Program-made: the position numbers and the translations under genes
Part shown: in pieces, positions 10,141-19,202 of the stretch
How positions within the stretch are numbered: the stretch's first letter is position 1
Layout of the letters: each line of letters opens with the position of its first letter
Notes under the pieces: model-generated
What the model was told of the DNA's origin: nothing
The model's input: only the letters and a program-made list of their open reading frames with translations
Databases searched by the model: none
From: Candidatus Micrarchaeota archaeon
GTDB taxonomy: Archaea; Micrarchaeota; Micrarchaeia; Anstonellales; Bilamarchaeaceae
Direction of reading: 5' to 3'
Length of the DNA stretch: 55,671 nucleotides
NCBI GenBank assembly: GCA_016212505.1
Contig: JACRGB010000021.1
Span: 1 to 55,671, forward strand

Positions 10141-10287
10141 CTATGTTTCACTATTCTTAGCTTTTTTTAAATGAGCAGACCTTTGTTTTACTGATTTAAA
10201 AGATATTTTGCTTCCTTTTCTGACTCGTTTTTCTGCATCTAAAATACGATTTATGAATTCTTTTTTCAAGGTCTCAGCAGTCTTCAT
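10141..10287 (-). CDS. Small antitoxin-like peptide (48 aa)
   Basis: Manual translation MKTAETLKKEFINRILDAEKRVRKGSKISFKSVKQRSAHLKKAKNSET; GGTG RBS. Confidence 0.45.
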   Translation of the reverse strand: MKTAETLKKEFINRILDAEKRVRKGSKISFKSVKQRSAHLKKAKNSET

Positions 10288-10382
10288 TCTTACACCAAGA
10301 TAAGTTATGGATACTCTCAATTAAATATATTAATTAGGCCCTTTTCGATATACTTTTAAACTTGCGATCACTATATTTTACT

Positions 10383-10676
10383 ATGCAAAAAAGAGAAGAA
10401 ATTGAGAAGAAACTTCGATCTTCCTTAGCAGCAGTCAAAAAGAATTTTGCCGTCAAATCCTTAGGTATTTTTGGATCATACGTTAGGAATGAACAAACTA
10501 ATCTAAGTGATGTTGATATTCTGGTGGAATTTGAAAAAACACCTGGTCTATTCAAATTTTTGGAACTAGAAGAATATCTTACTTCTATAACTGGTGTAAA
10601 GGTCGATCTGGTTATGAAGACCTCATTAAAGCCTTTTTTGGGAAAAGTAATTCTAAATGAGGTTGTTTATCTGTGA
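10383..10676 (+). CDS. mntA: MNT minimal nucleotidyltransferase antitoxin
   Basis: FGSYVR...SDVDILV (GSx10DxD), KVDLV; overlaps the HEPN start. Confidence 0.9.
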   Translation: MQKREEIEKKLRSSLAAVKKNFAVKSLGIFGSYVRNEQTNLSDVDILVEFEKTPGLFKFLELEEYLTSITGVKVDLVMKTSLKPFLGKVILNEVVYL

Positions 10677-11020
10677 AAGGCAATTTTCAAGATTCTTTGC
10701 AAGACATTTTAGTTTCTATTCAAAAAATAAACGAATTTATTCAAGGCATGGATTTTGAAGATTTCCGTGAAGATCATAAGACTATATACGCAGTTATACG
10801 CGCTCTTGAAATAATTGGTGAAGCATCCAAGAATATTCCTGAGGACATTAAACAACAAAACAAAAATATTCCCTGGAAATTAATGATCGGAATGAGAGAT
10901 AAGCTCATTCATGAATATTTTGGCGTCGATTTGACTGTATTATGGAATACAGTTAAGGAAGATATTCCACCATTAGAGAATCTGGTTGTAAAACTTTTGG
11001 CTCGTTATGGTAAGAAATAA
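10673..11020 (+). CDS. hepT: HEPN (DUF86) RNase toxin
   Basis: LEIIGEA and RDKLIHEY (Rx4HxY). Confidence 0.9.
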   Translation: MKGNFQDSLQDILVSIQKINEFIQGMDFEDFREDHKTIYAVIRALEIIGEASKNIPEDIKQQNKNIPWKLMIGMRDKLIHEYFGVDLTVLWNTVKEDIPPLENLVVKLLARYGKK

Positions 11021-11034
11021 TTTTTGTTGATTCT

Positions 11035-11805
11035 ATGAACCTCACTCTCTTCTACAACAAGTCCGTCCACGAAAATGCCGCTCACTACTACCAGCTTGCG
11101 AAAGAGTCCCGCGAAAAAACAGAAGGGGTAAAAAAAGCAATTGAAGAGACAAAAAAAGAGATGGCTGCTGCATCAAAAAGCGATAAAAACAAAAAACAAA
11201 TAAAAATGAAGCGCGAGCGTTCTTGGTATGAAAAATTCCATTTTGCCTCAACCGGCGAAGGGAAACTAATGATTGGAGGAAGAAATGCCCAGCAAAATGA
11301 TCAGTTATTTTCAAAACACACCGATCAAAACGATCTTTTCTTTCATGCTGATATTCAAGGTGCAAGCGCTCTAATAGTTAAGGGTGGTGCTGAGGCGAGC
11401 GAACAGGAAAAACTAGAAGCTGCCCAGTTTGCAGCCTGCTTCTCAAACGCTTGGAAAAATGGCAATGCATCTGTTGATGTTTATTGTGTTAAGCCTGAGC
11501 AGGTGTCTAAACACTCCCCCGGCGGATTTATTGCAGCTGGTGCCTTTGCAATAACTGGTGAGCGGCAGTGGTTTAGGGCAACAAAACTAATGCTCAGGAT
11601 CGGAATTGGCTCAAAGGGAACTATTGAAATCGTTCCAGCACTCTCCAAAACCAAGCTTGAAAAAGACCTTTCTATTGTGCCAACATTGAGCGGAAAGGAC
11701 AAAGGCGCGATTGCAAAATCGCTCTCTAAACGCTTTGGCGTACATTCTGATGAGTTTCTCCAGATATTACCAAATGGAAAGACAAAAACCCTGGAGCTTA
11801 GGTAA
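11035..11805 (+). CDS. Rqc2/NEMF-related protein, coiled-coil plus NFACT-R (DUF814) only
   Basis: ENAAHYY, WYEKF, GGRNAQQND, FFHADIQGA, GAFAITGER. Confidence 0.85.
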   Translation: MNLTLFYNKSVHENAAHYYQLAKESREKTEGVKKAIEETKKEMAAASKSDKNKKQIKMKRERSWYEKFHFASTGEGKLMIGGRNAQQNDQLFSKHTDQNDLFFHADIQGASALIVKGGAEASEQEKLEAAQFAACFSNAWKNGNASVDVYCVKPEQVSKHSPGGFIAAGAFAITGERQWFRATKLMLRIGIGSKGTIEIVPALSKTKLEKDLSIVPTLSGKDKGAIAKSLSKRFGVHSDEFLQILPNGKTKTLELR

Positions 11806-11880
11806 CTTCTTTCTCAGCTGCCTATCTCCTATATAAACATTTTCTGAATATACATTCATCATATTTTGCGGGGATTTAAG

Positions 11881-14805
11881 ATGGAGCAAAGACTGGAAAT
11901 TGCAATAAAAAACGGCCTGAAAGATGTCCAGGGCGATCAGCTTGCACAGCGAATCGCAGCCGCCTTCGGAATCAAGGCTAATTGCAAATTTATAGACGTT
12001 TACAACTTTTCTGATCGGCTTTCTGATGAAGAGATGGAAATCCTTGCAAAAGAAGTTTTCTGCGATTTAGTTGTCCATGATTATTCTTTTAGGGAACCAC
12101 TTTTTGGTGAGCAGTGGCGGCTTGAGATTGGTATGCTTCCTGGAGTAACCGATAATGTTGGAAAAACCGCAACCGAGGCCATAAAAGACCGGCTCGGAAA
12201 AGATGTCCAGGTTTATTACTCGAGAATTTTCGTGATTAGACCAAATAACCCTAACCCGGGCTCAAATAATTTTGTTGACGAATTTTTATGCGAGCGGATT
12301 GCTACCATGGTTTCCAATCCATTAGTAGAAAAGCACAATGTTTATGCTCCAGGATCAGAAGTCCAGCCCTATTTACCAATTGTCCATATTCCCAAAACCC
12401 CGAACGTCGAAACGTTCAGCCTTAATGCCAGCGATGCGCGGCTTGCTACACTTGCAAAAGAGCGGCTTCTTGCGCTTTCTCTTGATGAGATGAAAGAAAT
12501 CAAGTATTATTTACGTAAGGACACCGTGCTTGCGGAGCGCAAGAAATTTGGTCTGGATAATCATATTACAGATGTCGAGCTTGAAGCACTCGCCCAGACC
12601 TGGAGTGAGCATTGCAAGCACAAGATTTTCAATGCGCTGATAAAATACGATGAAGACGGGGAATTGCACCCGATAAATTCGCTTTTCAAGACCTTCATAA
12701 AAGGTGCGACTGATCAGATCAAAAAACCCTACGTTATTAGCGTGTTCAAGGACAATGGCGGAATAATAAAATTCAATCCCGAATTTGACATCGCGATAAA
12801 AGTCGAGACCCACAACGCGCCCTCTGCGCTCGATCCGTATGGTGGTGCCTTAACCGGCGTTCTCGGAGTTCAGCGGGATGTTCTTGGCACCGGTATGGGT
12901 GCGAATCCGATCGCGAACATAGATGTTTTGTGCTTTGGCCGGGCCGACACCCCGCAAAAAGAAGTTCCAAAAGGAGTGATCCATCCAAAGGCAATTTCTG
13001 ACGGCGTTGTCCTTGGCGTCGAGCATGGCGGGAACAAGATGGGGATCCCGACAATAAACGGCTCGATAGTTTATGAAAATGGCTTTGTTGCAAGGCCACT
13101 GGTCTATTGCGGAACAATCGGAATACTCCCATCAACAATCAAGCATCATCGGACATCAGAAAAACATATTGAACCTGGATACTTAGCGGTAATGGTTGGC
13201 GGAAGAATTGGAAAAGACGGGATCCACGGGGCTACTTTTTCATCCATGCAGATCGATGCCCATGTTCCTCAAAGCGTGGTGCAGATTGGAGACCCTATAA
13301 CTCAAAAGAAAATGCTTGATTTTATTATTGCAGCAAGGGACGAATTGCTTTATGAGGCCATAACTGATAATGGCGCAGGCGGCTTATCATCAAGTATAGG
13401 AGAACTTGCGCAGCTTTCTGGTGGATGTGAAATTTATCTTGATAAATGCCCGCTCAAATATCCCGGCCTGGACCCTTGGGAAATACTTGTTTCAGAATCA
13501 CAGGAACGCATGACTATCGCTGTTAAGGAAAGCAGTTTGGCCCGGTTAAAGGAAATTGCAGCAACATTTGCAGTTGAGGTCTCGGTCGTAGGGAAATTCA
13601 CAAAAAACAAGAAGTTCCACGCGCTTTACAACAACACTACGGTTGCTTATTTGGATATGAAATTCCTCCATGAAGGAGTTCCACAACTGAAATTGAAAGC
13701 ATCATGGAAAAAATTAACTTATCCAGAACCAAAAATCCCGGAATTTGATCCGCTCGATATACTCCATCAACTTTTATCCTCGCCAAATATTACTACCAAG
13801 GAGCGCGTAATTAGGCGATATGACCATGAAGTTAAAGGAATGAGCGTGATTAAGCCGATAATGTTCGGGCCTTCTGATGCAGGAGTTATCCGGCCAGTAT
13901 CAGACTCGCAAGAGGGGCTGGTGCTAGCTCACGGAATTTGCCCAAGATATGTTCAGGATGGCTATGCAATGGCTTCACTTGCATTTGATGAGGCAGTCCG
14001 GAATGCAATCTGTGTTGGTGCCAAGTTCGGCTATCTTGCCTGCCTCGATAATTTCTCCTGGCCCGACCCGATAAAATCAGATAAAACCCCGGACGGAGAG
14101 CAGAAACTCGGATCTTTGGTACGCGCATGCATTGCATTTTATGATTGTGCTACGAGCTACGGTATTCCAATAATTTCAGGAAAAGATTCTATGAAAAATG
14201 ACTATTATACTGGTGATAAAAAATACTCGATACCCCCAACTCTCTTGGTTACGGTTATCGGCAAAATGGACAATGTTTCAAAAGCAGTAAGTTCGGAATT
14301 CAAGACTTCGGGCTCTTATATCTATGTCCTTGGCAAGACACGTGATGAACTTGGAGGCAGCGAGTTCTACAAACTTTTCAATGGGGTTGGCAACCGGCCG
14401 CCACAAATTTATCCAGATGAACATATTCCATTGTACAAGGGATTATGTCATGCGATCGAGGACGGCCTTGTTGAATCAGCCCATGATATTTCTGACGGTG
14501 GTCTTGCGGTTGCTTTTGCAGAGTGCGTTATTGGCCTTGGGCTTGGGGCCGAACTTGACCTTGGCCAAATAAAGGCAGAAACGAAAAAAGAAGATTCCTT
14601 GTTGTTTTCCGAAAGCTCTGGCAGGTTTATTGTAAGTGTTAGCGCAAACAAAATCGATCATTTTGAAAAAGTTATGCACGGAACAATTTTCGCCCGTGCA
14701 GGAAGAGTTCGTGGTGATCGGAGATTTATAATAAAGAGTGCGGACCAGATAATTGTTAATGATGAAGTCGAGAGGCTAAAAGAATCATTTAATAAGGGAA
14801 TTTGA
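11881..14805 (+). CDS. purL: Phosphoribosylformylglycinamidine synthase PurL with N-terminal PurS-like extension
   Basis: QTWSEHCKHK, KVETHNAPS, DGIHGATFSS, SESQERM, SGKDS, HDISDGG; no glutaminase domain. Confidence 0.93.
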   Translation: MEQRLEIAIKNGLKDVQGDQLAQRIAAAFGIKANCKFIDVYNFSDRLSDEEMEILAKEVFCDLVVHDYSFREPLFGEQWRLEIGMLPGVTDNVGKTATEAIKDRLGKDVQVYYSRIFVIRPNNPNPGSNNFVDEFLCERIATMVSNPLVEKHNVYAPGSEVQPYLPIVHIPKTPNVETFSLNASDARLATLAKERLLALSLDEMKEIKYYLRKDTVLAERKKFGLDNHITDVELEALAQTWSEHCKHKIFNALIKYDEDGELHPINSLFKTFIKGATDQIKKPYVISVFKDNGGIIKFNPEFDIAIKVETHNAPSALDPYGGALTGVLGVQRDVLGTGMGANPIANIDVLCFGRADTPQKEVPKGVIHPKAISDGVVLGVEHGGNKMGIPTINGSIVYENGFVARPLVYCGTIGILPSTIKHHRTSEKHIEPGYLAVMVGGRIGKDGIHGATFSSMQIDAHVPQSVVQIGDPITQKKMLDFIIAARDELLYEAITDNGAGGLSSSIGELAQLSGGCEIYLDKCPLKYPGLDPWEILVSESQERMTIAVKESSLARLKEIAATFAVEVSVVGKFTKNKKFHALYNNTTVAYLDMKFLHEGVPQLKLKASWKKLTYPEPKIPEFDPLDILHQLLSSPNITTKERVIRRYDHEVKGMSVIKPIMFGPSDAGVIRPVSDSQEGLVLAHGICPRYVQDGYAMASLAFDEAVRNAICVGAKFGYLACLDNFSWPDPIKSDKTPDGEQKLGSLVRACIAFYDCATSYGIPIISGKDSMKNDYYTGDKKYSIPPTLLVTVIGKMDNVSKAVSSEFKTSGSYIYVLGKTRDELGGSEFYKLFNGVGNRPPQIYPDEHIPLYKGLCHAIEDGLVESAHDISDGGLAVAFAECVIGLGLGAELDLGQIKAETKKEDSLLFSESSGRFIVSVSANKIDHFEKVMHGTIFARAGRVRGDRRFIIKSADQIIVNDEVERLKESFNKGI

Positions 14806-14886
14806 CCTATTCGAAACTGCATAACCCCTCATTTAGTGGCAAAAGATGTATTTTTAAATAGTTTGAAGATAGAACTATCTGATTTT

Positions 14887-15144
14887 ATGAATAGAAAAAC
14901 TTCTCTACTCTTAGCTGCATCTGTTTGTCTATTTCTTGGTGGGTGTAAAGAGAGCTTCAGAACCCAAGCACTTGCAGTTGAACTGCCCCGTATTGATGGA
15001 GGTGTAAAAAATGACTGGAGGGTCAGAGTATTGCAAAAAGAAAGGGAAAATGACCTCGCATGTAAAAATACCCCTAATCCAAGAGCATGCATAATTGAGC
15101 GAATAACAAAAGATGCTGAGAGTACCTTGCCTCGACCTAAATAA
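14887..15144 (+). CDS. Small putative lipoprotein
   Basis: MNRKTSLLLAASVCLFLGGC lipobox-like leader; TATA (TTTTAAATA) about 27 nt upstream. Confidence 0.55.
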   Translation: MNRKTSLLLAASVCLFLGGCKESFRTQALAVELPRIDGGVKNDWRVRVLQKERENDLACKNTPNPRACIIERITKDAESTLPRPK

Positions 15145-15213
15145 TCAAACTAACCCCTTTTCTCTGCCTTTTGTAAGGTATAAAAATTATCACTCTTAGT
15201 ACTATTTGTTTTT

Positions 15214-15316
15214 GTATCGTAAATCCTATCGGATTTCCGATGCGTGGCGAACTCGGTTCACCACAGGAGAAATTCTCCTGAATTTCTCCATGGACAAAAT
15301 TTATGAAATTTTGCCC
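15214..15316 (+). repeat. Train of four consecutive hairpins upstream of argS
   Basis: GTATCGtAAATCC/GGATTTcCGATGC; GTGGCGAAC/GTTCACCAC; GGAGAAATT/AATTTCTCC; GGACAAAATTT/AAATTTTGCCC. Confidence 0.75.
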
Positions 15317-15335
15317 TCTACTAAGGTGTTATGTA

Positions 15336-17219
15336 ATGATCATTGAAATAAAAGAGGAACTTGCAAAAATAATTTCCAAAAATGCCAATGTGTCTTTTGA
15401 CGATGCACTGGCGAGTTTGGAGGGCGGAAAAGTTGGGGACCTATCTAGTAAAATTGCCTTTGTTCTTGCTAAAGAAAAAAAAGCAAATCCCGCGCTTCTT
15501 GCGCATGAACTTGCTGCAAAGTTGGCAAAAGCAAAGCCTGATACAATCGAAGAAATTGAATCTACCGGTCCATATGTTAATTTTTACCTAAGTCCCCGCG
15601 CTTATGCTTCAATAATAAATGAGATTCTCGAAGCAAAAGACCATTACGGATCGAGTAAAAACAATAAAACCAGCAAAAACGACAAAGCTGGTAAAAGCAA
15701 AACAAAAAAAGAACAACCAGAAAAGAAAGGAAAGGTCCTGATCGAATTCCCTTCAGTAAACCCAAACAAGCCCTGGCACATTGGCCATCTTCGAAACGCT
15801 TTGCTTGGTGACTCGGTCGCCAGAATTCTCGAGTTTGATGGGTATGTTGTCGAGCGGATGGATTATATTGATGATTTAGGTTTGCAAGTTGCGCAAAGCC
15901 TTTGGGGATTTCTTAATTATGACTCGAATCCGCATGGAAAATTCGACCAATGGTTAGGCGAGCAATATGTTGGAGTTGCAAAGAAATTCGAAGATGACAA
16001 AACCGTTGTTGATGGTGTTCGTGATGTGCTCAAACTTATGGAAGAAGGTAATAACGAAGTTTCAAATGCAGGAAGATCAATGGCTGAAAAATGTGTGCTT
16101 GCCCAATACGAAACTGCCTTCATGTTCAATATCTACCATGATGTACTCATTTTTGAAAGTGATATCCTCCAGACCATTTTCGAAGAAGGGATGGATCTGA
16201 TAAAGCAAAGCGGCTCAGTCATACGTGCAACTGAGGGCAAGAACACCGGCTGCTGGGTGGTCCAGCTAAGCCCTAAATTTGAGGAGGAATTTGGGAAAAT
16301 GGACAACCCCCAAAAAGTCCTTATACGGAGCGATGGGACTGCAGTTTATACCGGGAAGGATGTCATATTCCACCTTTGGAAACTCGGGAAGTTAAAAAAC
16401 GATTTTCTTTACGAAGAATTTACCAAGCAGCCAAATGGCAAGACTGCCTATAAGAGCTCAGTTAGAGGCAAAAAGATGCAGTTTGCCCATGCCGACCGCG
16501 CAATAAACGTTATTGGTGTCGAGCAAAAATATCCCCAGCGCGTTATCGTGGAAGTTTTAAGGACCTTAAATTTCAAGGAAGCAGAATGCCTCCACCACCT
16601 TTCCTATGAGCACGTTGGATTGCCGGATGAGAAGTTCTCTGGCCGAAAAGGGACCTGGATCGGGTTCACCACTGATGAACTGGCAGCTGAGGCACAGTCT
16701 AGGACTATGGAAAAAATTAAGCTCGATGGCGTTGGCGAAAAAGAAAAGAAAGATATCGCCAGGATCGTCGGTATCGGTGCAATCAAATTTTCCTTCCTAA
16801 AATCAAGTTCTGATAAACGGATTACTTTCAAGTGGGAAGAGGCGCTTAGCCTTGAAGGCGATTCTGGCCCGTATATGCAATATGCCTATGTCCGAACCAA
16901 CGGTATCTTTTCAAAAACAAAAGAAAAAGAAAAAGTCAGTGAAATAAAGTTCAACGATAGCGAAAGGAAATTACTAAAAGATCTTGCTAGTTTTGGCGAA
17001 ATTGTAACTCGATCTTCAAAGGAGCTTGCTCCCCATCATATTTGCCAGTATGCATTATCTGTTGCAGCGGCATTCAGCAGCTTTTATGCAAACTCACCAG
17101 TAATAGCTGAATCGGATGAATCAGTAAGAAGAACCCGGCTGGCAATTGCAAAGGCAACGAGCATTGTTTTGAAAAATGCCTTGGGTTTACTGGGAATCGA
17201 ATGCCCGGAAAGAATGTAA
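15336..17219 (+). CDS. argS: Arginyl-tRNA synthetase
   Basis: PNKPWHIGHLRN (HIGH), RSDGTAVY, FSGRKG, GDSGPYMQYAY, C-terminal LGIECPERM; start after a GGTG RBS. Confidence 0.97.
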   Translation: MIIEIKEELAKIISKNANVSFDDALASLEGGKVGDLSSKIAFVLAKEKKANPALLAHELAAKLAKAKPDTIEEIESTGPYVNFYLSPRAYASIINEILEAKDHYGSSKNNKTSKNDKAGKSKTKKEQPEKKGKVLIEFPSVNPNKPWHIGHLRNALLGDSVARILEFDGYVVERMDYIDDLGLQVAQSLWGFLNYDSNPHGKFDQWLGEQYVGVAKKFEDDKTVVDGVRDVLKLMEEGNNEVSNAGRSMAEKCVLAQYETAFMFNIYHDVLIFESDILQTIFEEGMDLIKQSGSVIRATEGKNTGCWVVQLSPKFEEEFGKMDNPQKVLIRSDGTAVYTGKDVIFHLWKLGKLKNDFLYEEFTKQPNGKTAYKSSVRGKKMQFAHADRAINVIGVEQKYPQRVIVEVLRTLNFKEAECLHHLSYEHVGLPDEKFSGRKGTWIGFTTDELAAEAQSRTMEKIKLDGVGEKEKKDIARIVGIGAIKFSFLKSSSDKRITFKWEEALSLEGDSGPYMQYAYVRTNGIFSKTKEKEKVSEIKFNDSERKLLKDLASFGEIVTRSSKELAPHHICQYALSVAAAFSSFYANSPVIAESDESVRRTRLAIAKATSIVLKNALGLLGIECPERM

Positions 17220-17367
17220 TTATTCAAGTCTTTATTGTTTCGCAAAATTATTAACTTTTATGAACTTTCCCGTTTTCAAAATCTTTTTTATTTTATTCTC
17301 ATATTCAAGTTTAAGTTCCAATTGAATGACCCCTTCACTTTTTTCGAATCCTGCTTCTGTAAGCAAT

Positions 17368-17469
17368 TTATTTTAAGTTCCTATTAACCCGGTTACTTAT
17401 CTTACTTGAAATTATTTTTTCTATCCGTCGTTTGATCTTCATCCGTCTTTCTTTCATTCCTTTTCCCAT
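17368..17469 (-). CDS. Very basic 33-aa peptide downstream of rio1
   Basis: MGKGMKERRMKIKRRIEKIISSKISNRVNRNLK with an AGGTGA RBS 7 nt upstream. Confidence 0.6.
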   Translation of the reverse strand: MGKGMKERRMKIKRRIEKIISSKISNRVNRNLK

Positions 17470-17493
17470 GGTAATTTCACCTTTAGTTGGCCT

Positions 17494-18240
17494 TTAGCTT
17501 TGTTTTATCCATTCTAACACTTTGGCCAAATCCTTTCTTACCCCTTTCTTTCCAAAATACTTTAGTATGGTGATAACATCGCGCTCAAGGAAGTGATTTG
17601 CGCTCGGGTGCCTGGTTATTACTCCCTGGCCAAAATCAATCAAATACGGCGCTTCCTTCATTATGATGTTATACTCGCTCAAGTCCGCATGTACGAGCCC
17701 AACCTTATACATTTTTTTAACATCCCCAAGTATCAACTCAAGGTCTTTTTCCGGGTTTTCTGATTTGATCACATTAAGTGTAGGGTATGGGAGCTCCCCT
17801 TCGCCCAAAAATTCCATGATGAGCACATTATCAATCAGGTAATATGGTTTTGGCGCATGTACCCCGCCTTTTTGGCAGAGCTCCAAGTTCTTGAATTCCT
17901 TTCTTGCAAATGCCCTGACTATTTCGCGGTCGTTGTGTTTTATTTTTTCAAACCGCGGATCAGCATACAAATATTCGTCTTTTCTTGCAAATGGGGATGT
18001 TTCCCTCTTGTAGATCTTCACCGCTACAAAAGTCCCATCATTGGTTGTTGCGCGAAAGACATTGGCTTCCTTTCCTGTAGAAATCGGATAATCAACACTT
18101 TGCAAAATTCCTTTTTTTATGATTTTTGAAAGTACAATAAGCGTCTGGCGGTCAAAAACCTCGCTTTCAGTCTTGAACCGTTCCTTTAGCTGAAAGTCGT
18201 CTTTGGAAGGTTTTTTTCTTTTTGATATGGATCTGGCCAT
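17494..18240 (-). CDS. rio1: Rio1 atypical kinase
   Basis: ISTGKEANVF, AVKIY, HADLSEYNI, IDFGQ. Confidence 0.95.
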   Translation of the reverse strand: MARSISKRKKPSKDDFQLKERFKTESEVFDRQTLIVLSKIIKKGILQSVDYPISTGKEANVFRATTNDGTFVAVKIYKRETSPFARKDEYLYADPRFEKIKHNDREIVRAFARKEFKNLELCQKGGVHAPKPYYLIDNVLIMEFLGEGELPYPTLNVIKSENPEKDLELILGDVKKMYKVGLVHADLSEYNIIMKEAPYLIDFGQGVITRHPSANHFLERDVITILKYFGKKGVRKDLAKVLEWIKQS

Positions 18241-18310
18241 ATCGTGAATTTATTCATGATAGTCAAAAAAGCTATGCTTTTTTGTCATAAGTATCTTTCG
18301 AGAATGAGAT

Positions 18311-18646
18311 TTATATGTGCCCTTCTTCCTTGAGTATTTTGGCCTGTAGCGGGAAGTATCTCCAGATTATATCTCCCTTAATCTCGCCCTGTATTTCCCA
18401 TGGCTTGACAATTACAACATCGCCATCTTTAACCCAGATTTTGTTCCTTAACTTTCCAGGGATCCTGCACATCCGTTCTTTCCCATCTTTGCAGGCAACT
18501 TTCATTCGGGACCCGCCCATTAGTCCCATAACAATGCCCATTACTTCGCCTTCTTTTGGAAGCCTCATTCTTCTTCGTTCTTCTTCCTTGTTGAACGGTT
18601 GACCGCTTCCACCGCCGGGTTTTGGTCCTTTACTAATATAAGCCAT
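18311..18646 (-). CDS. eif1A: Translation initiation factor aIF-1A
   Basis: RLP, RMCRIPGK, IWVKDGDVVIVKPW, KGDIIWRY; GGTGA RBS. Confidence 0.95.
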   Translation of the reverse strand: MAYISKGPKPGGGSGQPFNKEEERRRMRLPKEGEVMGIVMGLMGGSRMKVACKDGKERMCRIPGKLRNKIWVKDGDVVIVKPWEIQGEIKGDIIWRYFPLQAKILKEEGHI

Positions 18647-18701
18647 AAAAAAAATCACCATTTTTTTATAATTGACCGCCAAAGCGGTCAATGCCAACAT
18701 A

Positions 18702-19106
18702 TCACCTTATCGATCTGCGCGCGCCGCAACTTTCACAAACCAGCTGTTTTAGCCCGTGGCTCGCTTCCTGCATGTGCGTATCTGGTTTGTTGCATTGCCT
18801 GCACATGACAAATTTGAGCACAAATTCCTCGAGTTTCTTGTTTATAATATCTCCCATGAGTTTTCTTTGGAGGATGAGCCGCTCGCCCTGAACACCTACT
18901 GGCACTGCGAGTTCCTTTGAAAAATATTTGCAAACTGATTCCTGGTCACGCCTTATTTTGTCACAAACTGATTTGAAGTTTTTGATTATGGTTTTGTTTC
19001 CTTCTGTGAAAAACTCAAATTTCGGGACTTCAAACCGCTCAGTAGTGGTTACCTTTTCCGGAAGGTTGGAATATATATTGCCTAATAACTTCTCGTATTC
19101 ATTCAT
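18702..19106 (-). CDS. eif2b: Translation initiation factor aIF-2 beta
   Basis: YEKLL, ERFEVP, GNKTIIKNF, CRQCNKPDT...CESCGA Zn ribbon. Confidence 0.95.
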   Translation of the reverse strand: MNEYEKLLGNIYSNLPEKVTTTERFEVPKFEFFTEGNKTIIKNFKSVCDKIRRDQESVCKYFSKELAVPVGVQGERLILQRKLMGDIINKKLEEFVLKFVMCRQCNKPDTHMQEASHGLKQLVCESCGARRSIR

Positions 19107-19202
19107 GAAAGTAATTGTCAATGGAATATTTTATAAGTAGCTCCTCGGTCATTTTTTCTAAATATCGATTCATTTTTAAATAGTTTTTACCACTAGTGTG
19201 CT

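Noticed and set aside
15653-15730. Lys-rich insert in ArgRS as an intein or mobile element
   Set aside because: Short low-complexity A-rich expansion without intein motifs.
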